NCBI GenBank assembly: GCA_964016885.1
Contig: OZ024742.1
Span: 265,484,001-265,547,959 of the forward strand
Direction: 5' to 3'
Origin: Eledone cirrhosa
Lineage: Eukaryota
Length of the DNA stretch: 63,959 nt
Notes under the pieces: model-generated
The model's input: only the letters and a program-made list of their open reading frames with translations
Told to the model about the DNA's origin: nothing
The model's database searches: none
Position numbers and translations under genes: made by a program
In this document: piece after piece, positions 1-12,941 of the stretch
Numbering within the stretch: the first letter of the stretch is position 1
How the letters are laid out: every line of letters begins with the position of its first letter

Positions 1-435
1 TGGCTTCTCCTTTTTTAGTAATCCTCTAATTTGTTGCTTTATTTTCGTAACTTTTTTAACAGCGAATATGACAACAGCACTAAATCTTAAGTTACATTAC
101 AACTGATTCATTGCAAATGCGCGAATTGCGATATAATCCCACTCCTCAACAAATTATTTCAAGCTTCTTGCTCCTTTTCCGTAGCTTCTTCATTTTCGAC
201 TTTTCCGACAAATATTTTCAAAATCTAAAAAAATGTATATATATATAAAGAGTCAGGACCCCGACGACTGAGCTCCGGTCGTTTCGACAGCTAGATTCGA
301 AAGCCCTTTGGAACTGAAAAAGATCATACTGACTATCTTTATTTCACAACATATAAAATCCAAGGTCAATGCGACCATTTAATCGGCAGTTTACTCCCCC
401 AACCTAATAAGGAAGTTTTATTATTGTTTTTGTTT

Positions 436-539
<104 letters not shown>

Positions 540-1218
540 GGCCTCACCTCATACTATAAAGCAGACAACGCATCCAATACAGTTTTGTCTTTTATCCGTC
601 TTCTGTTAACTGTTCTCCTCGGCTAATATCTATATATATAACCTCAGCTACCTCAGCTATATATATATATATATATATACATACATACACACACATTCAC
701 ACATACATATATTTATATATACATACACACACGCGCGCGCGCAATATGTTTAATTCACTTTGGATGCATGACACAACCCTCGTCCGGGTTATGCCTTTAC
801 TCCCTTCCCAGTTATTTTACCACTTTCGATATTTAGAGGGAATTTTTCTTCCAAAATTGTGTCAAATAGCGGATACGACCCAAAATAATTTTTCAAAGTT
901 TCAAATTTTTCTTTTTTTGTTCTGTGCCTTCTGACAACTTTTTTTCATTTTCCTGAATAAGCATTTTTCAATGAAATGTTCTATTGCAGACTGTAAAATT
1001 CGAGAAATGCAACATTTGATACAATGTATGTATTAAATAAGGGCATACACTTGTTCGCATTCAACTTCATACACAATCTTCTTACGTAACCATTTCAATT
1101 TTCCAAGTATATTTTCGCTCACTAACCCACTGATCTAATCTAGAAGGTGTAAGAAATGACCACTATAGAACCGAGGAGCTGTCACTCATGCATTGCCTTT
1201 TAATACTTTATATATATA

Positions 1219-1267
<49 letters not shown>

Positions 1268-1270
<3 letters not shown>

Positions 1271-1770
1271 GAACCTCGCGAACCACGTATGGTCCCTCAA
1301 AGACGCAGGCGCAGACTATTCCATTCAATGGGAAGCTATCACTAGCTCCAAGCCATACGCAAGGGGTAATCCGTCTGGTCGACTGTGTATTGAAGAAGGG
1401 ATAAATATTCTAAGGAGATTACGCAATAGCGATTGCCTAAATTCAAGAAATGAACTTTTCTTACGTTTTCCACACGTCTGGAAAAACCTCTTGCATTACT
1501 ACAAAGCTCCTGATTGAATAACATCAACATTCTAATATACTAATCAACTCGAACAATTTACTTCGAATATTCGCAGTTATCTCCATTACACCTTTCGACC
1601 GTGGATATTTATCGCTTGGGCGAAATGACCGTTTCTGCGCATGCGCGTTCATGTGGTTGTTTCTCCTTTTCCTGTTCCGTATGATCATTATCAGTCCGAG
1701 CTGAAGATCCGCATAAGGTAAAACAATTGTTCTCGGTATGGTGAACTAACTGTTGTGTTACTACTACGAC
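1268..1770 (+). mobile_element. 5'-truncated Penelope-like element 3' end (GIY-YIG C-terminus plus pLTR), family A
   Basis: Translation TNLANHVWSLKDAGADYSIQWEAI...LCIEEGINIL...LNSRNELF resembles the C-terminus of the PLE ORF at 14279. Starts at a (TA)n run. Homologous copies at 3820-3930 and 38890-39280. Confidence 0.85.
1696..1736 (+). ncRNA. Type I hammerhead ribozyme, GAAA mutated to AAAA
   Basis: ccgag-CTGAAGA-tccgcataaggt-AAAA-caattg-TT-ctcgg; the sister copies retain GAAA. Confidence 0.7.
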
Positions 1771-1951
1771 GGCTATTTCTGATCCAGAAATAGCCGTCCA
1801 AACGGCTTGAGCTCTGCCGTCGGGGTCAAATATTTTCCTATTACCCACCCTACTACCCTAAGTATTGAGTACTCTGGTGTGTTATGGTCCATCTGGTTCC
1901 TTAGCACTCTTCCTTCGTTATATATATATATATATATAGTATTATATTATA

Positions 1952-2439
1952 CTAGCAGAAAACCGCCCTGAAGTCGGTTTTCTGCTAGCATATGTAGTGT
2001 GCATATTGATATTATATGTAAATATATATGCATATTGATACGGTAATTGAAAAGTAAATTGACAATATGCACAGAAATTCCTCTGCAATCTGTAAACCAT
2101 GATACATTTAAAAAAGAGGATATTATATATAAACGGCATTTCGATGAGATGCTATGAAAACGAAAAATGAGAAAATGAGATTAGCGATAGAAGTATAAAC
2201 GTTATGATATAACGAACGTTAATGGAAGTTGACATTTTAAAATTTTAACAGAAGTGAATCTTGAAATAACCAATACATTATATATAAGATTAGTTATGTT
2301 TAATCAAGAGCTAAAAAATTTAGTAGATAAATTAGATAATATTTAGTCAAAGTAATCAACTTATTTTAATAACGTGATGTAAAAAAATAAAGTGACTCAG
2401 TCTCGCAGTTCTTCAATCATTATATATAAGATTATAAGA
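1952..2439 (-). mobile_element. Non-autonomous Helitron-like element
   Basis: Minus strand starts a|TC-ttata(ta)taat and ends with hairpin gcagaaaaccg/cggttttctgc-CTAG|t. Homologous to 40658-41120. 5' end uncertain (2289, 2431 or 2439). Confidence 0.7.
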
Positions 2440-2919
2440 TTATATGCAGGTAGATGACTAGTTAGGGAGTCGTTACTGGTAGATCTCGAAGTAAGCACCC
2501 AACATTCTGAAACATCTGGTGGTCCAGGTGGAGTATATGCAGTGAAAAATAAGTACACATAATGGTTTTTTACAAAATGTTATTCGAAAGAATTTTTTAT
2601 TACAAATGTTTCGAGGTGTTTGACGACTATACCATGTGTCAATGCAGCTTCTTCAGATGGTCTTTCGGACATTATTTTTATCCGCACGTGGTTCTCTTGA
2701 TAGCCCGGAATGGAGAGATAGTGGAGCTGATATTGAGAGAAGAGAGATTGAATTTTATCTCTACACCCCGGGTTAACCAGAGGCCTGACACGGTATAGTT
2801 GTCAAACCCGCTGAAATATTTGTAATGCAAATTTTCCGTATAATTTATTGTAAAAACCCATTATGCTTATTTATTCTTCACCATATATATGTTAGGATTG
2901 GTGCTCTGAAATAGCGATG

Positions 2920-3236
2920 TATACATGAATGTATGCATAGTATATTTGGCAATATAACGTATGTTGAATTAAAAACCTTTTCAAGACCTTAAAGTAGTGA
3001 CTATGTCACTTACTTCTATAAGAATCCAGCTTCTATAATTTCCGGTGGAAGAGGGCAGTGCGTAGCTCTGATGATTGCCAACAGCATGAAACAGACTGTT
3101 AGCTTCTCTCCCTTCTTTCGCCGAAAAGAAGTAAGTGACATAGTCACTACTTTAAAAATGATAGCGTAAGGTCTTCAACATGTTTTTAATTAAACATACG
3201 GTATATTGCCAAATATACTATACATACATTCATATA
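2920..3236 (+). mobile_element. Fold-back mini-element (about 100-bp inverted arms) with central hammerhead
   Basis: Arms 2920-3017 and 3127-3236 are imperfect reverse complements; the right arm ends at (TA)n. Confidence 0.75.
3064..3104 (+). ncRNA. Type I hammerhead ribozyme
   Basis: agct-CTGATGA-t-tgc-caaca-gca-t-GAAA-cag-a-ctg-TT-agct: full core, stems I-III, GUU site. Confidence 0.8.
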
Positions 3237-3777
3237 TATATATATATCGGGGCGGTATATATAGCACTGTGTCCATCGAGGATTAAGAGAGCTCGACAGC
3301 GATAAACTAACTATATAGTTAGTTTATAACGATACTCAACAACATTTGTTTAGGTTGCCACTCGGTTTCTTTTGGAATAGGTGAAGACCCTTAAAAACGT
3401 AAAACTAAGTTGCAATCTGTCACTATGGCAACTTCTTTTTACGTCTGTTTTATAAGCATTTTATAGCATTTCTGCACATGAGCAACAATTTTTTATATTA
3501 AATTTATCCCCTCAGAGCATCGTAAATGTCCGAAAGATCGGCAACGTCTACATGATATTTGTTGTCATATAGAAAGCAGTGATTCAGCTATTTAATTTAA
3601 GATGATAAATGTAGTCACGATTCCTTGGCTTAATAGTTTTAAACGCCTAGCCGGTATCTGGGAGATATGGGTTTGTTTCATCCTCTTTCAACCTCTTTTT
3701 ACATCTCTAAGGGTCTTCACCCTATTCTATAAGCTATTTTATAGCATCTCTGCACATGTGCACGCCATTCGTTATAT

Positions 3778-3812
<35 letters not shown>

Positions 3813-3861
3813 TGAAAAGAAATTGTTTCTCCTTTTCCTGTTCCGTATAACCATTATCAGT

Positions 3862-3902
3862 CCGAGCTGAAGATCTGCATAAGGTGAAACAATTGTTCTT
3901 GG
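3862..3902 (+). ncRNA. Type I hammerhead ribozyme in PLE family A solo pLTR fragment (3820-3930)
   Basis: ccgag-CTGAAGA-tctgcataaggt-GAAA-caattg-TT-cttgg; palindromic stem III ACAATTGT. Confidence 0.8.
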
Positions 3903-4611
3903 TATGGTGAACTAACTGTTGTGTTACTACTTATATATATATATATATACTCAGAGATTGGAGGTTACCGGTTTCGTACTGTTTAGACTTGTGTGATCAT
4001 TGATCAGCTGAGTACTCTAAACTTAAGAAAGTTGAATGTAGATATCATAAGTTTTTGCCTGACAGCTGATCTCTAGACGTTTGTCCAAAACCGTGACAGA
4101 CATAGACATTTCTTATAACTAGGATTTGTTTGAACCCGCTGACACGTATGTGTATATGTGTGCGCGTGTGTGTATGTGCATATGGAAACATTTATACAAA
4201 CACTCATACATTCACACAAACACACATACATTTTCACAAACACACACATACACAGCATAACAAATGGAACGCCAGCCGCTATTTTGCTATAGTTTATTCA
4301 CCACACCTGCCTTCCTTTTACACACACATACATACACGCAGACAGCAGACGTAAAGACAGGGGAATAATATGAGAAAGTCAAACTACTCCTCTCTCGTTA
4401 CTTGTGACAGAATCGTAGATATTTATATATAGATATATACATAGGTGATTATAATGAAGTTTTCCACTATCGCGTTTTGTAAGGTGAGAGAAGCTCTATG
4501 CACTCTAAAATCCTCAGCTCATAAAGAGTTTAAAATAGACGAAAAATTCTTCGAAAGTTAAAGTTCTTGTTGTTGAGGAGAGTTCAGGTAGCAGAGCATT
4601 AATATTTAAAA

Positions 4612-4835
4612 TGAAAAAAGACCAACGTTAATCACATACATTCATACTTTAATTTCTACGCCCGATTCAGTACAGGTGACAATAGTACATGCATATGAAA
4701 ACAATCAGAAATAATTCAATAGCAATTATTAACACAATACATAATACATATAATTGCATTTCAGGAAATATAAGAATGTCCAAAGATTGCAAAATTCAAA
4801 AATAATAGGAATAGACCCCATATCAAATATTGGAC
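4612..4835. repeat. Dispersed repeat; diverged inverted homolog at 7798-8022
   Basis: Shared blocks such as aatagaccccatatcaaatattgg and aatagtacatgcatat occur in opposite orientation. Confidence 0.75.
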
Positions 4836-5060
4836 TAAAGCAAGTAATTAAGAAACACAGATTGTACATGGAATTGTTGTAACGTGCAAAATTGGGATTA
4901 TAGGTAAACGAAAAAAGCATTACCTCATTATTATTCATAATATTTTTTTTCCTCTTCCATCCTTCCAGAACAATCTAGAAATAATTGCCCGCGCCCACAA
5001 TATGTGTTATAGTCACATAATTGATATACACTTAAGTATATTATGGGGCGCAAGGGTGGG

Positions 5061-5092
<32 letters not shown>

Positions 5093-5181
5093 CATGTGCG
5101 CGCACGTATGTGTGTATGTATCTATCTATCTATCTATCTATCTATTTATCTCTCTCTCTCTATATATATATATATATGTAT

Positions 5182-5226
<45 letters not shown>

Positions 5227-6093
5227 AGAGATATTTAATTTGTTGGAAATCCAACAAATATAGATGTTTACAACTGATTCAGAGCACTCGACAGATTTTT
5301 GGAGTAAGTATTCAATGATATTAACCTTAGAACAGAAATATTTAGTTGTTGCAGACATCGCCAAAATTTTACATTCAGAACTATATGTAACTTATAATAT
5401 ACTTATAATATTCCTATTAATCTCCAAAATGATCTTATCTGCTCTAACATTTTATATTTTTAATACTTTTAATATATTAATATCTCTAAATCATAATATC
5501 TTTAAAATTTCTTATATATATATACGTGTGTATGTATAGATATTTATATATGTATGTACTTCTACATTATGTACTTCTATATAATTCTAATTTTAATTTT
5601 AATTTTAACTCTTTTAAATTCTTTAATTCTTTTTTCTTAATTTTTTATTTTTAAAGCTTTATTTTTCTAATGACACCCTCTAAAGGTAATTTTTAAATGT
5701 AGATTAATAACCATTAACTGTTTTTAGTAAAATGTATCCTATTCAGGATGATGTTTAAATATTCATATTTCTTTAGAATAAATAATTAATCCCACACTAG
5801 CGATTAATAAAAAATATATGAGTTATCTTTCCTTCTTTCAATCATAAAAACTTTTTATACATAACTCCGTTAATTTAACCTTATAAATTGTAACTACTTA
5901 TTTATTTACATAAAATCAACATCCCTAGTAACTTATATTGGGAACAACCACCTATTTATTTTTTTATTTATTTATAAATCAACATCCCTCGTAACTCATA
6001 TTATAAACAAACTATCCTTTTAATATAAAAAAACACATGTGCTATTATTAAAATATATATATATAGATATTTATATATTATTATAATAAGATA

Positions 6094-6285
6094 GGGCGGT
6101 GAATTGGCAGTATCGGTAGAGGGTTGGACGCCATGCTTTCTAGCATAGTTACGTCCCTTTACGGTTTGAGTTCAAATCCCGCTGAGGTTAACTTTGCCTT
6201 TCATCCTTACGGGGTCGATAAAATAAAGTACCAGTAATGTACTGGGCAATTTGCTGGCCTTGTGCCTAAAGTAGAAACAATTATA
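6094..6285 (+). mobile_element. tRNA-derived SINE
   Basis: A-box-like ttggcagtatcgg, B-box gagttcaaatccc, core actttgcctttcatccttacggggtcgataaaataaagtaccag. At least 7 more copies in the window. Confidence 0.9.
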
Positions 6286-6890
6286 ATAAGATAAATAATT
6301 CTGAATATATTTCCCCTTAATTAACGTTCAAGTGGTCTTCCTTTTCCTTCTTCTTTAACGATTTTAGTTTGATAATTTATATAGCTTCGTTAAATTAACA
6401 ATATTCTTAAAACATTCTCAATGTTGCAAATTTTTGAATCCACAAAGTATTCAAATCTCACTTGAAAATAAAATTTTCAACATCCTTTGTAACTCATATT
6501 TGTTTATATAAATAATCAATGCATACGCAACTTATTAATATATATAGAGATATTTATATACATATAACTTATCCTAATGTAATAAGATAAAAATACTTAC
6601 TACCATAATTCTTCATATAATTTTATAACTCATAATATAGGTAACAAAAATCTTTTCCCCCAAATTAACGTTATTCTTTTCTCTTCCTTCCTTATCATAA
6701 ATATTTAAATTTTCCATAGCGTCTAAAATAACGTTTTTTCATTCCTTTAATATTCACATCATTTGCATACTCATATTAATGATTTTAAATATCTGATTTT
6801 TCTTCTCTTTTCCCTTCACTTTCCCGGGATAACTTGAACCGTTAAGGTATATTATCCTTGGTGATGTCAAATATTTATAAAACATTTTGT

Positions 6891-6950
6891 ATTTTATCTG
6901 ATGATAGCGTACCAAAATGTTTGGTATCCTTGAAATATATATAATAGAAT
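6891..6950 (+). ncRNA. Type I hammerhead ribozyme (same family as 30048-30113)
   Basis: attttat-CTGATGA-t..taccaaa..tttggta..t-GAAA-tatata-TA-atagaat; the downstream tail matches 30113-30150. Confidence 0.75.
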
Positions 6951-6995
6951 AAATATGGTTTTATAAATATAGTTTCCATTTATTTAATATCATTG

Positions 6996-7036
<41 letters not shown>

Positions 7037-8300
7037 ATGTGTATGTGTATGAATATACGCATATAGATTCCCAGGTATGTATGTGAATTGATATACGTGT
7101 GTGTATATGACTATGTATAGGCATTCTTTTCGAAATACCTGTGGCTTTAACCTTCCATATATTCTGAAATTACATGCAATATAAGGATGTTTTAACTACA
7201 AAACTAATAAACTGACCTCATTTTACTAGCATGTAAGTCTCAATAGCAGGTTTAACTTATAGGGTTCAAAATAACAACGTAGCCTAAATACATTATACCA
7301 TATTTGTTATCGTAAAGATTTATATGGCCATGTATAAGTAATATTAGAAAATAAAATGATAAAATGATATTGTAGTAAAAGGTATAATAACATGTTATGT
7401 TATATTGTATTATGTAATGCTATGCTATATTGTGTTACATTATATTATGTTACATTATATTATGTTATAATCTGTTATATATTATATTGTATATACGTGT
7501 ATGTGCATATATATATACATCAGTATGTTTTTATACATATGTATATATATATATATATATATATATGTTTGTGTGTGTGTGCGTGTGTGTATTCATACGT
7601 CTGTTGGCTCGTCTGAACATTACTACACTTACGGTATTCCATAGTAAACATTATTATTAAGATGTTACATCGGTAAACACTTTTCTAGACTGACATTAAT
7701 TTGATCATTAATTCACTGGCTAATATAAATATAATTTACCACACTGTACTCAGGACAATTATTTAACTGGTCACATTAATACGATAAACACCACCAAGCC
7801 CAATATTTGATATGGGGTCTATTCTCATTACTTTTTGAATTTGGTAAACTTTGATTCTCCTTATATTTCCGGAAATGCAGTTATATGTATTATGCATCGT
7901 GTTGATAGTGCTAATGAATTATTTCTAATTGTTTTAATATGCATGTACTATTGCCATCTGTATTGAAATGGACGAAGAAATTTAAGTAAGAATTTAAGCG
8001 GTTAACCTTGGTCGTTTTTCATATATATATATAAGGGTTTAGATCGATGTCCAGTGATTTCGATTTCGTTGTTTACAATTTGCTTGACAAATTCATTTAT
8101 AGCACACGCACAGGATTGATTGCAGGACAACATTTTCAGCCAGAAGCCTAAGCTATGCAAACAGTGTAATTATTATATCGACAGATTAACATATGAAAAC
8201 GTTAAAGTACTCACAATTTCAACAATTGAAACAGCCAGTATCCTCCTAGCATACAAAGATCCACACACTCACACATATATATATATATGAAATTGTTCAA

Positions 8301-8388
8301 GACCCCGACGGCAGAGCTCAATCCGTTTCGACGGCTATTTCTGGACTAAATTAGATTTTTAGCGTGGTAGTCGAACTTTTCAAGGGGT
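8301..8388 (-). ncRNA. Degenerate type I hammerhead; family fragments also at about 257-293 (-), 1768-1828 (+) and 49413-49479
   Basis: Minus strand acccc-TTGAAAA(degenerate CTGAAGA)-...tagccgtc-GAAA-cggattgagctctgccg-TC-ggggt. Confidence 0.55.
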
Positions 8389-9226
8389 AATTCCATATAT
8401 GGGAAGATTGTAGTTGTCAAAAAGATTGGTCAAAATTTCTTGTAAACACAATTAAATCTTTCGTGGCGGTAGGTGGTGGCTGAACTTGCCTGTAGAACAA
8501 TAAGGGAGTGGGTGGAGCACGTCAAGCGTTGAAAGTGAATTCTATACAGCAAATTCTAAGGAGTGTGGATGAAATTAGGCTAGCTAGAAAGCAGGCGAAA
8601 AAAGAATTCTGGAGGAATGAGAGTGGGAAGTTATAAAATTAAAAAATTAAAAGTTAATAAATTGAAATTAAAATTAAAAAATAATAAATAAAAAGAATAT
8701 TTAAAAAATTAAATAATAAAAAATATTAAAAAGTAATAAAAAAACTAGAATCTAAAACAGCTGCTATATTTTTAGCTGGCGTTGCGTTTTCGGCCAATGG
8801 TATATAGAATTTACTGGGGTAGGGGTAATGAGGCTACAAAAGCCTGATGGGCTGCCTCGGGGTAAGCGAAAGGGGAAAAAGGAAAAGGAAGAGGAGAGGG
8901 AGTGGAAGGAAGTGAGAAGAAGAGATAAAGGGAAAAAAGAAAAGAAGTACATCTACCTATGTATGCTGGGGTTTACCCTATCTTGTTCGGCAAGTGGGGA
9001 ATAGAAGGATGTTACAGTCATTGTCTACCCACCCGGGTCATGAGGGGGTTTGAGGGCGAGGTAAATCCTACGCAATCGGTGTTTACATGTGGTTACAAGT
9101 TCGTTATGGTGCGTTATGGTGCGTTATGGTCTACCTGGTTCCTTACCACACTTCCTTCGTTATTCGTTTCTTGTAATTTTATATATATATAAAATTACAA
9201 GAAACGAAGCGCGTTACTGTAAACAA

Positions 9227-9797
9227 AGTTTAAGATGGTAATATGGATGAAACAAGACAAGAACCCCTTCATCAGCTGTTAGCTGCAGATCATAGATGTT
9301 TCGGCACTTAAAACAGGACATCGAAATCGATCAGCAGCGCGCCCATTTATCAATCAAAATCCCGCTTGGATTATCTTCCTTTCCCTTCTCCCTCTCACTT
9401 CCAGTTTCTCCGTCAATCTCTCTCTCTATCTACACTCACTTTGCTGAGATCGCACGGAACAACCTCGCTCCGCAGCTATATTGACCACAGGACTTAAGTC
9501 TAATCGGTTCGTTGTAACTTTTTCTATTTTCGCCTCGGTTACTCACTTGTATGTGCCATTGTCCCGTGTTCCCCATCCATTCGGTTAGTTTACTTCGTTT
9601 TTTCCTCTTTCCTTTTTTCTCTCTCTTCACTATCTTATCTTTTCTTCCTCTCAAGGCCTTTTGATTGATAAAAGACCTTGGGCCCGCTGCTGATCGATTT
9701 CGATGTCCTGTTTTAAGCGCCGAAACATCTATGATCTGCAGTTAACAGCTGATGAAGCGTTTCTTTTCTTGTTTCGTCCATATTACCATCTTAAACT
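9227..9797. mobile_element. Unclassified element with about 118-bp terminal inverted arms, each carrying a rearranged hammerhead-like motif
   Basis: 9227-9344 and 9680-9797 are near reverse complements; pyrimidine-rich interior; (TA)n on the right flank. Confidence 0.8.
9686..9760 (+). ncRNA. Candidate non-circularly permuted hammerhead ribozyme (inverted copy at 9262-9338)
   Basis: gatg-TC-ctgtt ... GAAA-catc ... aacag-CTGATGA, plus extra helix ctgctgatc/gatctgcag. Confidence 0.65.
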
Positions 9798-10359
9798 ATA
9801 TATATATATATACGGGATAACAGATTATTGTTATAGGTAGTCCACTTAGGTGTAGTCCAGTTAGGGTACTCTGAGTAGTGGATGATATCAACGCTTGGCT
9901 AAGTTTGACTCAACAAGGCGTTTCCATAGTGATGCTGCGAGTACGCGGTGATTTCTATGTTGTGAACACTTGGAGTAATGATAAATCAGGAAAGAAGAGT
10001 GACACGGTTTGCTATACAAAAAAGGTTTTTAATCTCACTGCTGACAATTGTTTCTCTAAACTGGTAGGTCTAGAGATCGCTACCCGCCTGTTTTCGCGTC
10101 ATTCGATCACTAATACATAGTTGTAACCAGTCAATTCATCAGAGAATTCTCAGAGAAACAATTGTCAGCAGTGAGATTAAAAACCTTTTTGTATAGCAAA
10201 CCGTGTCACTCTTCTTTCCTGATTTATACATATATATATATATGTCGATCGACAAGATATATATATATATATATCTTGTCGATCGACTTTAGTCGAATCG
10301 GACCGAGGAAACAATGTTTCCGTTGGTCTTTCGAATTGCTAATACTATCTATCGGTTGC

Positions 10360-10485
10360 AACTCCAGGTAGAAGGAGCAACGTGAAATAAAGTGTCTTGC
10401 TCAAGAACATAACGAATCACCCAGTCCAGGAATCAAACTCAAAATTGAACGATTGCGAATCTAATTCTATAACAACCCAGCAGTA
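10360..10485 (-). mobile_element. SINE fragment, second family
   Basis: Minus strand B-box-like gagtttgattcc followed by gttcttgagcaagacacttta. Confidence 0.6.
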
Positions 10486-12812
10486 AGGAGGTAGCTCTGG
10501 GGCCGAGAACACAAGAAGTCTCCACTGCCAGGGGTACGACCGCAAACCTGTCGGAGAGCGACCGGTATTCGAGGAGTTTGGCCCCCTCAGCCCGACGTGC
10601 AGCAGAACCTGGGTCTGTTGCAGACTGCACCACGTTGCGGCTGCAAAATATGTCGGTGCCAGTGGCATCCCAGACGAGGGGTTTTCCACCGCGGAACGGG
10701 AAGATGGTCATGCCATCTGGCCTTTTACCGTCCCCTCGATCCAGCCCCACCGGCTCGAGCTGGGAAGGGAAGCCTGCAGCGTCCAAGCCATACTTAATGA
10801 CCTCGTTGAGGGAAGTATAGCATGGAATGCAGGCAGCACTGTGGAGACAGGAAAGCGGGGGGAGGCCGAAAGAGTCCATGGTGGAACCGCAGTGACATTG
10901 GTGTGGCTGGCAGACCCGGAGGCCGAGCCTCAGGGAAACGCCGATTCGCAGGCTATGGTTGTCTAGCTGCGTGCCAGTGGAGAAGGAGGACAGGGCATGG
11001 AGCCAGGCACCACTGTGGGGTTTGGAGGCGACCGGTATTTGAGGAGTTTGGCCCTCTGTTGGGTTTGGAGAGCAACCGGTATTTGAGGAGTTTGGCCCCC
11101 TCAGCCCGACGTGCAGCAGAACCTTGTTCAGTCGCAGACAGCACCAGGTTGCGGCAGCAGAAAGTGTCGGTGCAAGTGGCATACCAGACGAGAGGCTTGC
11201 CACCGCGGAACGGGAAGATGGTCATGCCATCTGGCCTTTTGCCGTCCCCTCGATCCAGCCCCACCGGCTCGAGCTGGGAAGGGAAACCTGCAGCGTCCGA
11301 GCCATGCTTAATGACCTTGTTGAGGGCAGTATGGCGTGGAATACGGCCGGCACTGTGGCGAGAGGAAAGCGGGGGGAGGCCGAAAGAGTTCACGGTGGAA
11401 CCGCAACGACATTGGTGTGGCTGGCAGATCCGGAGGCCGAGCCTCAGGGAAACGCCGATTCGCAGGCTATGGTTGTCTAACTGCGTGCCAGTGGAGAAGG
11501 AGGACAAGGCATGTAGCCAGGCACCACTGTGGAGTTTGGAGGCCGCACAAAAACAAGCAGGGCGGTGCTGGTCGAGCTTGCGCGTGAGCCTGTCTGAGGC
11601 TAGGTTGCACTGGATGGCATCCCAAGTGCGTTGGGGGGACTTGACGTCAACAGGGGAGAAGGAGGAGGGACGTCTACTGGGCGTCCCAGCCGGTCCCACG
11701 TCTCGCAGGCGGCCTCACGTTCTCTGAACACAGAGGGTTCTGTTGTGTTTTGAAGAACCCTACTGACGAAGACGCGGCACGAGCTTACCGACGAAAGATA
11801 CGCCGGCAAAGCTAGTGAGATCGGGGACCGGAGGCCAGGGCCGCCATACCTGACAGGTAAAGTGGCCTGTTGCCACCTTATGTCGTCAAACTTGACGTTG
11901 CATATCCCCTCGACTGCTGCTCGGATACAAGTATCGAGGTCAGCGAGGAGAGATGTCTGGGTGTAGCCTGGAGCGCTGCGGAGTGTACAGACGAGCTTCG
12001 GCATGGCGAAGCAGTTCCTCAGCAGAAAGAGAGCTGGGTGGCCGTCAATCAAGCCCAGTCGGCTCGTGAGAGTCAGGAGCTGTTGAAGCCGGGACCTGAT
12101 GGTGGAGCGGATGGCCGGCGAGTGGATCGGTGACCCGAGGATGAGGACATCCTCTTTTGGGGTCACCTGAACCTGGCGGAGAATGGACCGCACGTCCAAG
12201 ACGGAGGCTGCAAAGCTCGCAGCATCGAGGCTGACGTTCAGCACCTCCGACTTGGCCGAGTTGACCTGGGGGCAGGAACCACCGATTGAAGGTCATGGCA
12301 GACCGGCCGTATGGGCCCGCCCAAACGTTGAGAGGGGCCGTGATACTCCGGGCGATGTGGTCAATACCAAGGGCGAACAGGGGGGTCCCAAAGGGTCGCC
12401 CTGTTGGACCCCAGTAGCCGCGGGTATGACCGTATCAGCAGCAAGGAGCATGCTCGGGATCCATATGACAGGTAGGCCAGCGGGTAGGCAGAGGGTGCTC
12501 GGCTGAGGCAGGCCTCGAGCAGATGATCCGGCCTAAAGATTTGAAGGCATTCCTCATGTCAAGCTTGACAATGGAGTCCCTGGATGCTGGTTCCGATGGG
12601 CAGCTGTTGAAGAACTGCCTGGTTGCATGAGCGGCCCCCTCACAGCCACCGGACACGCCGACAACCAGTTGCACCGGACTAAACTCCTCACCCAGTTCGT
12701 GTGTTACGGACTTGCAAATCACCTTGGCAGCCAGCCTTCGGAAGACATTGCCCATAGCAATGAGGCGTATGCCACCCTCTTTCTTCCTGAGAGCGGTGAA
12801 GCTGGCCGAAAA
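10485..12812 (-). mobile_element. CRE-like non-LTR retrotransposon (RT plus restriction-like endonuclease), 5'-truncated and frameshifted
   Basis: RT motifs KKEGGIRLIAMGNVFRRLAAK, VGVSGGCE, KLDMRNAF, VQQGDPLGP; Zn-knuckle region CRCG...RH; RLE motif DGKRPDG..FPFRGGKPLVWDAT. GC-rich relative to its flanks. Confidence 0.88.
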
Positions 12813-12941
12813 AAAGAGGATATATATATATATGAAAATAGGGAGAAAAAGACGATTATTAGTAACAAAAATATATACATATATATATATATATATATAC
12901 ATATATACACATATATACATATATATATAAATATACATATA

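Noticed and set aside
2595-2665. Minus-strand CTGAAGA...GAAA-catttg-TA
   Set aside because: Stem I is only 2 bp; at most a decayed HHR.
6094-6185. tRNA gene
   Set aside because: A/B boxes only, no cloverleaf, continuous with the SINE body.
10578-12506. Plus-strand ORFs up to 301 aa
   Set aside because: Antisense shadows of the GC-rich CRE-like element.
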